Source: an uncultured Bacilli bacterium | GTDB taxonomy: Bacteria > Bacillota_I > Bacilli_A > ML615J-28 > CAG-698 | Assembly (NCBI GenBank): GCA_947627195.1 | Contig: CANQVC010000001.1 | Coordinates: forward strand, 99,671 to 163,670 | Reading direction: 5' to 3' | DNA: 64,000 nucleotides | Shown here: piece by piece, positions 52,842-61,914 of the stretch | How the letters are laid out: every line of letters begins with the position of its first letter | Position numbering within the stretch: the first letter of the stretch is position 1 | Made by a program: the position numbers and the translations under genes | Notes under the pieces: generated by a model | What the model was told of the DNA's origin: nothing | Databases searched by the model: none | The model's input: the letters and a program-made list of their open reading frames with translations, nothing else

Positions 52842-52865
52842 AATAATAGAAAAAGGAGAAACACT

Positions 52866-53513
52866 ATGCCTAATAATAAAATGGTTTATTTTTTAATTGA
52901 TTGTAGCGGATCTATGGCTGGTACACGTGCTGATGCAGTAAACTATGCTATGGAAAAAGTAGTAAGTGAAGCAATACCTGCCATTAAAACTCAAAAAAAT
53001 GCTGATTTACGTCTTTACTTTATGGCAATTGGTTTTTCAGGTGATGGTATATTTACAATAATGGATCGTACAAGCTTAGATGATTTCACTAATTGGGATA
53101 CAATTGAAGATAGTGAATTTAATGGTGGAACTCCAACAGGTAAAGCTATCTTAGAAATAATTAAAGATATTCAAGGAGTAAGAGGAGATCCTCTTCCTGA
53201 TGTATGTGCTTCCGCGATTATTTTAATTTCTGATGGTGAACCTAATGGAATAGAACCAACATATGAAGAAGTATTAGAATATGCAAATCGTAATAGTGAT
53301 AAATTCAATTTAGCATTTGCAAAATCACTTCGTGTTGCTATTGGTATTAATGTTGATAATAATGGTCGTGAAAGTCTAAAGAAATTTGGTAGCGTTACAT
53401 CAACAATGAGAGAACAAGGAATTGAATCTTATTATGATTGTAATGAAGAATATGTTGATAAACTTGTTGAAGTACTTAAATCAGCAACAATTCATGCTTC
53501 AATTGGCGCATAA
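52866..53513 (+). CDS. von Willebrand factor A domain protein (TerY-like) with an intact MIDAS motif
   Basis: MVYFLIDCSGSMAG (D.S.S), GGTPTG (Thr), ILISDGEPN (Asp). The RBS AAAAAGGAG is 8 nt upstream. First gene of a four-gene + strand cassette. Confidence 0.75.
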   Translation: MPNNKMVYFLIDCSGSMAGTRADAVNYAMEKVVSEAIPAIKTQKNADLRLYFMAIGFSGDGIFTIMDRTSLDDFTNWDTIEDSEFNGGTPTGKAILEIIKDIQGVRGDPLPDVCASAIILISDGEPNGIEPTYEEVLEYANRNSDKFNLAFAKSLRVAIGINVDNNGRESLKKFGSVTSTMREQGIESYYDCNEEYVDKLVEVLKSATIHASIGA

Positions 53514-53533
53514 AATATAATAAACATAAATAG

Positions 53534-53556
53534 CCACCAGTTTTTCTGGTGGTTAA
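53534..53556 (+). terminator. Intercistronic hairpin (partial terminator or attenuator) between the vWA gene and the phosphatase gene
   Basis: ccaccag-ttttt-ctggtgg: a perfect 7-bp GC-rich stem followed by ttaatgatt (weak U-tract). Confidence 0.4.
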
Positions 53557-53580
53557 TGATTGTTTATAGGAAGGAAATAT

Positions 53581-55584
53581 ATGGACAAAAAAATTATATA
53601 TTTTTTAATAAAACGATTATCAATGGAAAATGTTTCATCATTTCCTTCATCAACTATAGAAAATTATATATATAATACTATAGAACAATATAAAAATGAA
53701 AATGATGATATAACATTTAAAGTTTTATTATATTCTAACCATTCATTATATTCAGTTTTTGATCAATTAATAACTCCATTTAATCAAATTGATGATTATG
53801 ATTTTGGTTATGATAATGTGAATTTAAATGATTTATTCCCATATGTTAGTGATGATTTAGTTAATTTTTCATTTATTAATCGCAAACAAAACATAAAATG
53901 TATTATTATAAATAATAATAATATTATAAACAATAATAATATTTTTAATGTATTAATTGATGATACATGTCCAACATATAACAATATCACAAATAATATT
54001 GCTTTTAAAATAAATAGTCCATCATTAAATAAATCTTTTAAATTATATAATAAAACATTTAATATAGATGATGCAAAAAATGAATTATTAAATTTTTTAA
54101 TAGAATTAAATAATACATCTAATAATATTGATAATAAAAATTCAAATGTTAATATTTTGTCAATGAATTATCAAGAAAAAATGAATTATATTATTCAATT
54201 TTTAAAAGATAATCAAACTAATATGGCAACAGAAGATGATCATTGGCTTGATGTATTAATTGGTGGTAGATCATCTATTCCTTATCAACATATCAATAAT
54301 ATTATTAACAATATTCCTAAATTAAATAATATTGGAAGAAGAAATATCTATTTTGCCACAATTTTATTTTATATATTTACAAATGGTAAATTTGTTGATG
54401 AAGTATGGAAAAATTCATTAACATATTATTTAACACTAAAAGATAAAGCTAAGGAAGTAAATCAATATTTTAATAAAATTAATCAAGAAAATGATGAAGT
54501 ATCTGTCTTTTTCCAAGAACAATATTCATCTATAAAAAGAAAAGATATTGAAAAAGTTATATCCAAAATATATCAACCAGGTGAAAGAAAACTTTTTGAA
54601 ATGTTATGGGAAGTATTAATTACTAATTATCCATATTATGATATTGAACGCCATTGGTATAAATGGTTTATAACGATATTATTTGAAAATGTTCAACCAC
54701 GTTGTTATAAACAATCTTTCACAGAAAAATATGAAAGATATATAATATCAGTAAAAGGTAAAATGCAAAAAATAGGACATGAAACATGTCAAGATTATAC
54801 TGATATGGATGAAATAGATGATAAAATATGGTATGCTGTATGTTGTGATGGAGTTGGAAGTTGTACCCATTCCGCAGAAGGTTCATTACTTGCTTGTCAA
54901 GCTTTCGCCAAAGTCCTAAAATCCAAAATTCAAACCTATTATCATTTTAATTGTCATAAATCATTTGATAAATATACAAATATTGTTGCAAATATTTATC
55001 AATTCTTTACTAATGAATTTGGCAAGAAATTATTTAATCAATGGAAAAAACTTGTTGAAGAAAGTGCTAGTTATCAAAATGATCCTAATAAATCTTTAAA
55101 TAATTATGCTACAACTTTCCAATTTGTTTTCAATTATAAATCATTAATTGTTTGTGGAGCATTAGGTGATGGAAATTATTATATTCATAAAAAAGAAAAA
55201 TTTGGTGATAGATCTTTTGATGGGGGATTTGTTTTAAATGATGGTATATCAGGTGTATCACAAACTTCAGTATTTACTATCTTACATTTAGAAAAAAGTT
55301 CAACTGTTATGCATTTATCATTCTTTAATGCCAAAGAAGTTTCATCAATAATTATTTCCTCTGATGGAGTAATGTTAAATCAAAATTTTTTATCACTAAT
55401 GAATGTTCAAGGTAATGCTAATAATAAATCATTCATTTTTCAAGCAATGAAGCAATTAGAAAATTTATCAAAAGAAGAAAAGATTAATAAATTATCAAAT
55501 CTTGTTTTATCTTGTTCAGATTATAATGAAACTGGATATGGTACAGGTGATGATTGTTCATTAATATTCATTCATTTTAAATAA
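53581..55584 (+). CDS. Protein with an N-terminal region of about 390 aa of unknown function and a C-terminal PP2C-like (SpoIIE/PPM-type) Ser/Thr phosphatase domain
   Basis: PPM motifs YAVCCDGVGSCTHSAEGS (motif 1/2), ALGDGNYY, SSDGVMLNQ and C-terminal GTGDDCSLIFIHF (compare the DD.T..VV motif). The ATG at 53581 follows AGGAAGGAAA. The N-terminal part is poly-Asn/Ile-rich. Confidence 0.55.
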   Translation: MDKKIIYFLIKRLSMENVSSFPSSTIENYIYNTIEQYKNENDDITFKVLLYSNHSLYSVFDQLITPFNQIDDYDFGYDNVNLNDLFPYVSDDLVNFSFINRKQNIKCIIINNNNIINNNNIFNVLIDDTCPTYNNITNNIAFKINSPSLNKSFKLYNKTFNIDDAKNELLNFLIELNNTSNNIDNKNSNVNILSMNYQEKMNYIIQFLKDNQTNMATEDDHWLDVLIGGRSSIPYQHINNIINNIPKLNNIGRRNIYFATILFYIFTNGKFVDEVWKNSLTYYLTLKDKAKEVNQYFNKINQENDEVSVFFQEQYSSIKRKDIEKVISKIYQPGERKLFEMLWEVLITNYPYYDIERHWYKWFITILFENVQPRCYKQSFTEKYERYIISVKGKMQKIGHETCQDYTDMDEIDDKIWYAVCCDGVGSCTHSAEGSLLACQAFAKVLKSKIQTYYHFNCHKSFDKYTNIVANIYQFFTNEFGKKLFNQWKKLVEESASYQNDPNKSLNNYATTFQFVFNYKSLIVCGALGDGNYYIHKKEKFGDRSFDGGFVLNDGISGVSQTSVFTILHLEKSSTVMHLSFFNAKEVSSIIISSDGVMLNQNFLSLMNVQGNANNKSFIFQAMKQLENLSKEEKINKLSNLVLSCSDYNETGYGTGDDCSLIFIHFK

Positions 55585-55609
55585 ATAAAATTATTTAAGG
55601 AGTATGACA

Positions 55610-56857
55610 ATGGAAATAGGTTCAAAAATAACATGTGTTGATCAAGAAGAATTTACAATTATAAAATCAATGAATGAAGCTGGTGGACAAGGAACTTTAT
55701 GGTTAGTAGAAGATCATAATAAAAATCAATATGCTTTTAAGAAACTAAAAAAAGATAAAAAATTTATTCAGAAAAAAGGTAATATTGATAAAATCATTAA
55801 TGAAAATATACATCAGATTGTTGAAAACAAAGGTAAGAAAGATAATATTAAATTCATGTTACCTTTAAAACGTACAAAAATGTTACAAGATGATACTATA
55901 GGTTATATTATGCATCTAGCCAATGGTAAAAGTATAAATTCAATATTAACTATTCCTGATGTTATTACTAACATTCCTTTAGAAACAAAACTTAAAATTT
56001 TAAGACAAGTTGTTTTATCTGTTGATATTTTACATAGTATTGGTTATTGTTATGCTGATATAAGTTGGGGAAATTTCATGTATGATTTTTCTAAAGAAAC
56101 ATTATATGTCGTCGATTGTGACAATATTGCATCTCAATCAGATATTCGCAATAATAAAGCAAATTTTGTTAGTGGTACAGGATTTTTTGTTGCTCCAGAA
56201 GTTGCCTTTGATGGCAAAACTATTGATTTAAATACTGAACATTATTCTTTAGCTGTTTTTATCTTTCGTTTTTTATTAAATAATTTAATTAGTTCACCTT
56301 ATCATGGTTATATTTTACATCGTGAAATGGAAGGTGTAATGCCTCAAAGTACTTTTGATATTGCTGATATGATTAATGAATTTGGTTTGCCAAGTGATTG
56401 GTGTGTTTTTGTTTTTGATGAAAATAATCCAGTAAATTCAATTCGTCGTTTAATTGATGATTATTATCTAAAACAAGCAAATAAAGGGCAAAGTATTAAA
56501 GATAGAATAAAAGAATTAGAACAATGTATTTCTTTATGGAATATAATACCAATTGAAATTAAAAATTTATTGATTGAAACATTTTCTAATTTACGTAATC
56601 CTCGTCGTCCATCAACAATTCAATGGAATATAGCTATTCAACAAGCTTTATCTAAAGATAATATTAATATCAATATTAAACAAAATAATGATACAATATT
56701 ATCTAAAATAAATAATGAAGTTGTTGATATAAAAGATAATATTGAAATAAAGACCAAACCTGTTCGTAAACCTTTTGTTGGACAAGGAGAAATTTTCCCA
56801 ACAAATCCTCAACCTAAAAAGAAATATAAGAAATTTGAGGGCGGAAAAAACGATTAA
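55610..56857 (+). CDS. Protein-kinase-like (eukaryotic-type Ser/Thr kinase fold) protein with a C-terminal extension of about 130 aa
   Basis: Gly-rich loop AGGQGTLWLV. Lys motif YAFKKL. Catalytic-loop-like YADISWGNFMYD (D..N). DFG-like VVDCDNIA. GTGFFVAPEV (APE). The ATG at 55610 is 7 nt after AAGGAG. Confidence 0.55.
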   Translation: MEIGSKITCVDQEEFTIIKSMNEAGGQGTLWLVEDHNKNQYAFKKLKKDKKFIQKKGNIDKIINENIHQIVENKGKKDNIKFMLPLKRTKMLQDDTIGYIMHLANGKSINSILTIPDVITNIPLETKLKILRQVVLSVDILHSIGYCYADISWGNFMYDFSKETLYVVDCDNIASQSDIRNNKANFVSGTGFFVAPEVAFDGKTIDLNTEHYSLAVFIFRFLLNNLISSPYHGYILHREMEGVMPQSTFDIADMINEFGLPSDWCVFVFDENNPVNSIRRLIDDYYLKQANKGQSIKDRIKELEQCISLWNIIPIEIKNLLIETFSNLRNPRRPSTIQWNIAIQQALSKDNININIKQNNDTILSKINNEVVDIKDNIEIKTKPVRKPFVGQGEIFPTNPQPKKKYKKFEGGKND

Positions 56858-56883
56858 AATAAATAAAAAGGAGGAAAGAAATC

Positions 56884-59800
56884 ATGGAATTAAATGAATT
56901 TAAAGATTATGTTTTTAAAATAACTAAATTATTAAATGAAGTTAATCCTAATCAACCAGTTTCTATTTATGTTTCAGATTATTTAAGAGGCATAAGTACT
57001 AATTATGGAATTGGTAAAGTAATTTATGATTTAGCTGATATATGTGTAAATACTCTTAAAAACATGCCTAATGATGAATGTGATTTTGCTCATTTAAGTG
57101 AAATGGCTTATATAATTCGTAGTAATGATTTTAATTTTGGTAATATTTATAAAACACAAGCATATTTCTTTACTCTTTGTTTATTTGCTGCTAGTCAAAA
57201 TAAGATTAATATTAATGATATTGATTGTGAAGATTTTGATGTTGATGAATTTCAAAAATTTTCTGTTACTGATTTAGATGTTGAAAATGAATTAGATCCA
57301 ATTGAAAAGAAATTAAATTATTACAGGTTACGTTTGTTAGATTTTTCAAGGAGTAATCCTTTAGTTAACTTTAAGAAAAATAGAACTAGTGCTTTGCAAT
57401 TCTTTTCCCCGCAAATTGGCACATTAATGCATGAATTATCTAAAAAGAAGACATTAAAAATTACTAATTGGAGTGATAATCAATTTCAAATAATTTATCG
57501 TTGTAAAATATGTGGTCGATATCATTTTGAATCGTTTAATCCTTTTGATCCATTAAGTAAACCTTCAATAGAATGCCCAGTATGTGATTTAAATAATACT
57601 CATCATCGTAAGAGTATGATTCCATTAGAAGAAGATATGCAATTTGCCATTGATGAATATACATGTAAAAAATGTGGTAAAGTTATAAATATTGATGAAA
57701 TTAAAAATGGTTTATATGAATGTCCTGATTGTCATTCTCCTATTGAATTAAAATCTTTTCCGATTGTATCAACTGATAACATAAATAATATAATTAAGAA
57801 AAATGATAAAAAACCATTTATGATTTGCAGTTTATCTGATAAAAACTTAGCTAAAATAATTGGTACAATTCAAGGTAGAGCCCAAACCATGGAAAAAAAC
57901 TTTGGTTTACATGTGTTATATCTCGCTTGTGGCTTTTTAGAATGGAAAGATATTAATGGTACAAATTATAATTCACCAATATTATTATGTCCTATTCACT
58001 TTAAGAATGAAAACAATTCATTTAGTATTGAAATTGATAGTTCATCAGAACATGTTTTTGAATTTAATAAAACATTATTGCATATGTTGAAAGGATATTC
58101 AAAAGAATATGCAATTTATATTGAACCACCAAAATATAATGAAGAAGATGGAATGTATGGTACATATTTTTCTACTTTGGAATCATATTTAAAAAATGAT
58201 AAAAATGTTATACAATTTACTAAAGATTGGCAAGTTCATAGAACATTAGGAATAAGTTTATTTCATTATCAAAAATTACAATTAGAAAGTGATATGACAA
58301 AATATAAAGATATTTATTTAAATCATCCAATGATTAGAAGAATTTGTGGTGATGAAAATCAAGAAATATTAAGTAGTCAGTCATTTATTCAAAATAGCTT
58401 TCCTTATATTTTATTTGATGCTGATTCGAGTCAAGAAAATGTCATCAATAAAGCTTTAGAAGGTAAATCATATATTTTAGAAGGACCACCTGGTTCAGGA
58501 AAAAGTCAAACAATAAGTAATATAATTGCTATGTCAATTGGTAGTGGTAAATCAGTATTGTTTGTTACCGAAAAAGCAACAGCAAGAACTATTATTTATG
58601 AAAATCTTAAAGAAAAGAAATTAGATTCAACCCATAGTCTTACCGATTATATTCTTGATTTTAATCAATTTCATTTAAGAGGTGGTTCAATTCCTCGTTC
58701 AACATTCATTGAAGAATTAAATAGAGTTGTGAAATTAGATGATATTGCTCAAAGTTCTAATTTCTTTGATGTGGAAAGTAAAGAAATATTAGAACAATAT
58801 ATTAAAAATTATCAAAAAGAATTTAGTACAATGGATGAATCAAGAAATTCATTTATGGGTATTTTAAATAAAATAGTTCAATATGCGAAATATCCAATTC
58901 TTTCATCTTTTAAAAATGTAAATTGTGATTTATATACATTATTTAAAAATATAAAAAAATATTATCAAGATGTTGAAAACAAGATTGTATTATTTGATTA
59001 TCGAAAAGATCCTTTATATTTATGTTTAGGCGATATTGATGGAAAATTTGTTTATAATATTAACCAATATATCAATATATATGATCAAGGTAGTAAATTA
59101 ATTGAAGATATCAATAATCATTTACATTTAAAATTAAATGAAAACAATCGTTTTGAATATCAATATATTATTAATTTATTAAATCAATGTTTCTTACTTA
59201 GTCCTTTAAAAGAGGAAATGTTAAATCAAATAATTATATTAGGAGATTTAGATAAATATAAAACATATTTAGTAAATCGTAAAAATGAAATGAATGAATA
59301 TTTACCATATTATGATTATCAAAAAGAAGTAAATGAATCTTTAATAAATCAAGATATCATTACTGAATTAAATCAAAAAATGGACAAATATTCATCGAAA
59401 ATTAAAAGAATATCAAGAAATTATTATTTATTAAAAAAACAAATTAAATTAATTTTCAAAAATAATATTGTTATAAAAAAATATGAAGATGGTCAAAATT
59501 ATGTTCATAGATTAAATCAATATTTTCATTATTTCCAATTAAAATGTCAATATGAAGAAAAACATCCTGTTGATCATACATATTTAGGATATATTCCCCA
59601 AAATATTACATCTTGGCAAGATGAAATTGATAAAATTGATTTAATTATGAAAATACATCAAGTAATGAATGAATATATTCCTTCATCTATTACATCTACA
59701 ATTGAATTTTTAGAAAATTATCTTTCAAATGTATATCAAAAAAATATGGCAATTTCGAAAAAAATCTTTGAAGAAGCAAATAATATTTTTGATAATGAAG

Positions 59801-61674
59801 CTATTTATTTAAATAAATTACAAAATTATTTTGTATTTGATTTAAATAATAATATGAAAGAAATAGTTGATAAATTAAATATTATTTTAGAAAATCAAAA
59901 TCGATTAGTAATTTGGCAAAATATGCATCAAGAATTAGAATGGTTTAAAGATTATAATGTTTTACCATTATTAAACGAAATTGTTGATAAAAATATTAAT
60001 AATAATATTAATAATAATAATAATTATTATTATTATTGTTATGATATTGTTGAAAAAGCAATTTATCATTCATATTATCAAAAATTATTAGATGAATTTA
60101 TTGTTAAACATTCTTTATCAACAATTAAAAATTTTGATGTTAATGAACATATTGATAATTTAAGGAAATATGCAAAAATAGATGAAAATGATTTGGAACA
60201 TGCTAAATCATATTTATATGATCGATTATATTCCTTAAGGATAGAAGCTAGTAATAAGTTGCAACAAAAGAGTAAATTGTTATCTAATCGAACTGGCTAT
60301 TCCATAAAGAAATTAATTGATGAAAATTGGCAATATATTAAATATATTAAACCATGTTTTATGATGTCACCATTAAATGTTAGTCAATACATTGATATTA
60401 ATAATCAATTTGATTTAGTCATATTTGATGAAGCATCACAAATTTTTACCGAAGATGCTTTAGCTGCCATTGTTAGAGGAAAACAAATAATTATTGTTGG
60501 TGATAGTAAACAATTACCACCATGTGATTTTTTCCGTGCTCAAGATGTTTATCAAAGTGATCAAGAAGATTTATTTGAAGATGATGAAAATCAAGAAAAT
60601 TCCATTTTAAACGATGCTACTAAAGCTTTAGGAGATATTTCTATTCAATTAAATTGGCATTATCGTAGTTATGATGAATCATTAATTGCTTTTTCAAATG
60701 AACACTTTAATTATAATTTAATTACTTTTCCTGCTGCTATTAAAGAAGTCAATGATGGAATTGAATATATATCTGTTCCTTATGATCAAAATCTTTGTTA
60801 TAGTGCTGGAAAAACTGGTACTCATACAAACAAAAAAGAAGCAAGAGTAGTTGTTGAAACATTATGGCGTGAAATTATCCATCCTGAAAGAAATAAATAT
60901 TCATTGGGTGTTGTTGCCTTTAGTAATGCTCAAGCTGAAGCAATAAAAGAAGAATGGTTTGAATTTAGAAAAGATTCTTTAAAAGATGCTGTCATTAAAG
61001 TTTGGGAAGAAAAACATGAAGAAATAATCTTTTGTAACTTAGATACAATGCAAGGTGATGAAAGAGATACAATGCTTATTAGTATTTGTTATAGCCCTGA
61101 TAAAAATGACAAATTTTTATTAACTTATCTAGGTAGAATTCGTTTAGCATCAGGAAAGAAAAGATTAAATGTTGCCATAACTAGAGCAAGACATAGAATG
61201 ATTGTCATATCAATGTTAGAAAATCAAAGATTGAGATCAGCTATTGAAGAAAGTTTAGCATTAGAAGAAAATAAAGAAGGAGCAAAATCTTTATATGATT
61301 TCTTAGAATATGCAAGTTCATTTAAAAATGAAAATAATATTCCTACATCATCTCCATCAAATGATATTGTTAAATCAATATGTGAATGTTTAGATGAAGA
61401 ACATATTTCTTATGATACTGAAATAGGTAGATCAAAATGTAAAATCAATATTGGTATTAAATCATTACCATTTAATGGTAATTATTCATTAGGAATTATT
61501 GTTGATGATCCTACAAGGACTGATTTTGACAGTCCACGTGAATATGCTAGATTAACTGAAAAAATATTAAGAAATAAATATAATTGGGATATTTATCGTA
61601 TTTATCCAATATCTTGGGTAAATAATTATGAGCAAGAAAAAGCTAAATTATTAAAAAAAATTCATTCAATTTAA
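56884..61674 (+). CDS. Giant Upf1/DNA2-like SF1 helicase (1596 aa): N-terminal DUF4011-like domain with two inserted zinc ribbons, helicase core, and C-terminal restriction-endonuclease-like (DUF3320/MTES-type) domain
   Basis: Walker A ILEGPPGSGKSQT (about aa 533). Walker B VIFDEASQI (about aa 1181). Motif III IIIVGDSKQLPP. Motif VI LNVAITRARHRMIVIS. DUF4011-like GLHVLYLACGFLEWKD. Zn ribbons CKICG..(20)..CPVCD and CKKCG..(17)..CPDCH. The RBS AAAAGGAGGAAA is 8 nt upstream. A terminator follows. Confidence 0.7.
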   Translation: MELNEFKDYVFKITKLLNEVNPNQPVSIYVSDYLRGISTNYGIGKVIYDLADICVNTLKNMPNDECDFAHLSEMAYIIRSNDFNFGNIYKTQAYFFTLCLFAASQNKININDIDCEDFDVDEFQKFSVTDLDVENELDPIEKKLNYYRLRLLDFSRSNPLVNFKKNRTSALQFFSPQIGTLMHELSKKKTLKITNWSDNQFQIIYRCKICGRYHFESFNPFDPLSKPSIECPVCDLNNTHHRKSMIPLEEDMQFAIDEYTCKKCGKVINIDEIKNGLYECPDCHSPIELKSFPIVSTDNINNIIKKNDKKPFMICSLSDKNLAKIIGTIQGRAQTMEKNFGLHVLYLACGFLEWKDINGTNYNSPILLCPIHFKNENNSFSIEIDSSSEHVFEFNKTLLHMLKGYSKEYAIYIEPPKYNEEDGMYGTYFSTLESYLKNDKNVIQFTKDWQVHRTLGISLFHYQKLQLESDMTKYKDIYLNHPMIRRICGDENQEILSSQSFIQNSFPYILFDADSSQENVINKALEGKSYILEGPPGSGKSQTISNIIAMSIGSGKSVLFVTEKATARTIIYENLKEKKLDSTHSLTDYILDFNQFHLRGGSIPRSTFIEELNRVVKLDDIAQSSNFFDVESKEILEQYIKNYQKEFSTMDESRNSFMGILNKIVQYAKYPILSSFKNVNCDLYTLFKNIKKYYQDVENKIVLFDYRKDPLYLCLGDIDGKFVYNINQYINIYDQGSKLIEDINNHLHLKLNENNRFEYQYIINLLNQCFLLSPLKEEMLNQIIILGDLDKYKTYLVNRKNEMNEYLPYYDYQKEVNESLINQDIITELNQKMDKYSSKIKRISRNYYLLKKQIKLIFKNNIVIKKYEDGQNYVHRLNQYFHYFQLKCQYEEKHPVDHTYLGYIPQNITSWQDEIDKIDLIMKIHQVMNEYIPSSITSTIEFLENYLSNVYQKNMAISKKIFEEANNIFDNEAIYLNKLQNYFVFDLNNNMKEIVDKLNIILENQNRLVIWQNMHQELEWFKDYNVLPLLNEIVDKNINNNINNNNNYYYYCYDIVEKAIYHSYYQKLLDEFIVKHSLSTIKNFDVNEHIDNLRKYAKIDENDLEHAKSYLYDRLYSLRIEASNKLQQKSKLLSNRTGYSIKKLIDENWQYIKYIKPCFMMSPLNVSQYIDINNQFDLVIFDEASQIFTEDALAAIVRGKQIIIVGDSKQLPPCDFFRAQDVYQSDQEDLFEDDENQENSILNDATKALGDISIQLNWHYRSYDESLIAFSNEHFNYNLITFPAAIKEVNDGIEYISVPYDQNLCYSAGKTGTHTNKKEARVVVETLWREIIHPERNKYSLGVVAFSNAQAEAIKEEWFEFRKDSLKDAVIKVWEEKHEEIIFCNLDTMQGDERDTMLISICYSPDKNDKFLLTYLGRIRLASGKKRLNVAITRARHRMIVISMLENQRLRSAIEESLALEENKEGAKSLYDFLEYASSFKNENNIPTSSPSNDIVKSICECLDEEHISYDTEIGRSKCKINIGIKSLPFNGNYSLGIIVDDPTRTDFDSPREYARLTEKILRNKYNWDIYRIYPISWVNNYEQEKAKLLKKIHSI

Positions 61675-61718
61675 AATTATATAATAAAAAAAGTAAGATA
61701 ATAAATCATTTATAAAAT

Positions 61719-61748
61719 GCAAATGATTTCATCTTGCTTTTTTTTTGA
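61719..61748 (+). terminator. Rho-independent terminator after the helicase gene
   Basis: gcaaatga..tcatcttgc stem (one bulge) followed by T9. Confidence 0.5.
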
Positions 61749-61860
61749 AAAAAATGTATAATAAAGAAAAACTAAGGAAGGAATTTTAATAAAGAGAATT
61801 ATTAAATACCTATCATTATTTTGAACATATAAGTAATAAAAAAGAATAGATATCTTAATA

Positions 61861-61899
61861 AAACTCTTTGTGCGAAAAACTCAATGAGTTTTTTTTTGG
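61861..61899 (+). promoter_or_regulatory. Terminator-like hairpin plus T9 immediately 5' of the pyrB RBS (candidate pyr attenuator)
   Basis: aaaactc-(19 nt)-gagtttt followed by ttttttttt. The pyrB SD GGAGG is at 61903. Confidence 0.4.
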
Positions 61900-61914
61900 A
61901 AAAATGGAGGAAAC

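Noticed and set aside
53808-53990. 60-aa minus-strand ORF inside the PP2C-like gene
   Set aside because: Antisense to the CDS. No RBS.
57496-57760. Twin zinc ribbons in the helicase considered as evidence of a separate small gene or a transposase TnpB-like OMEGA element
   Set aside because: They are in frame within one uninterrupted 1596-codon ORF with a single RBS. There is no RuvC motif and no flanking inverted repeats.
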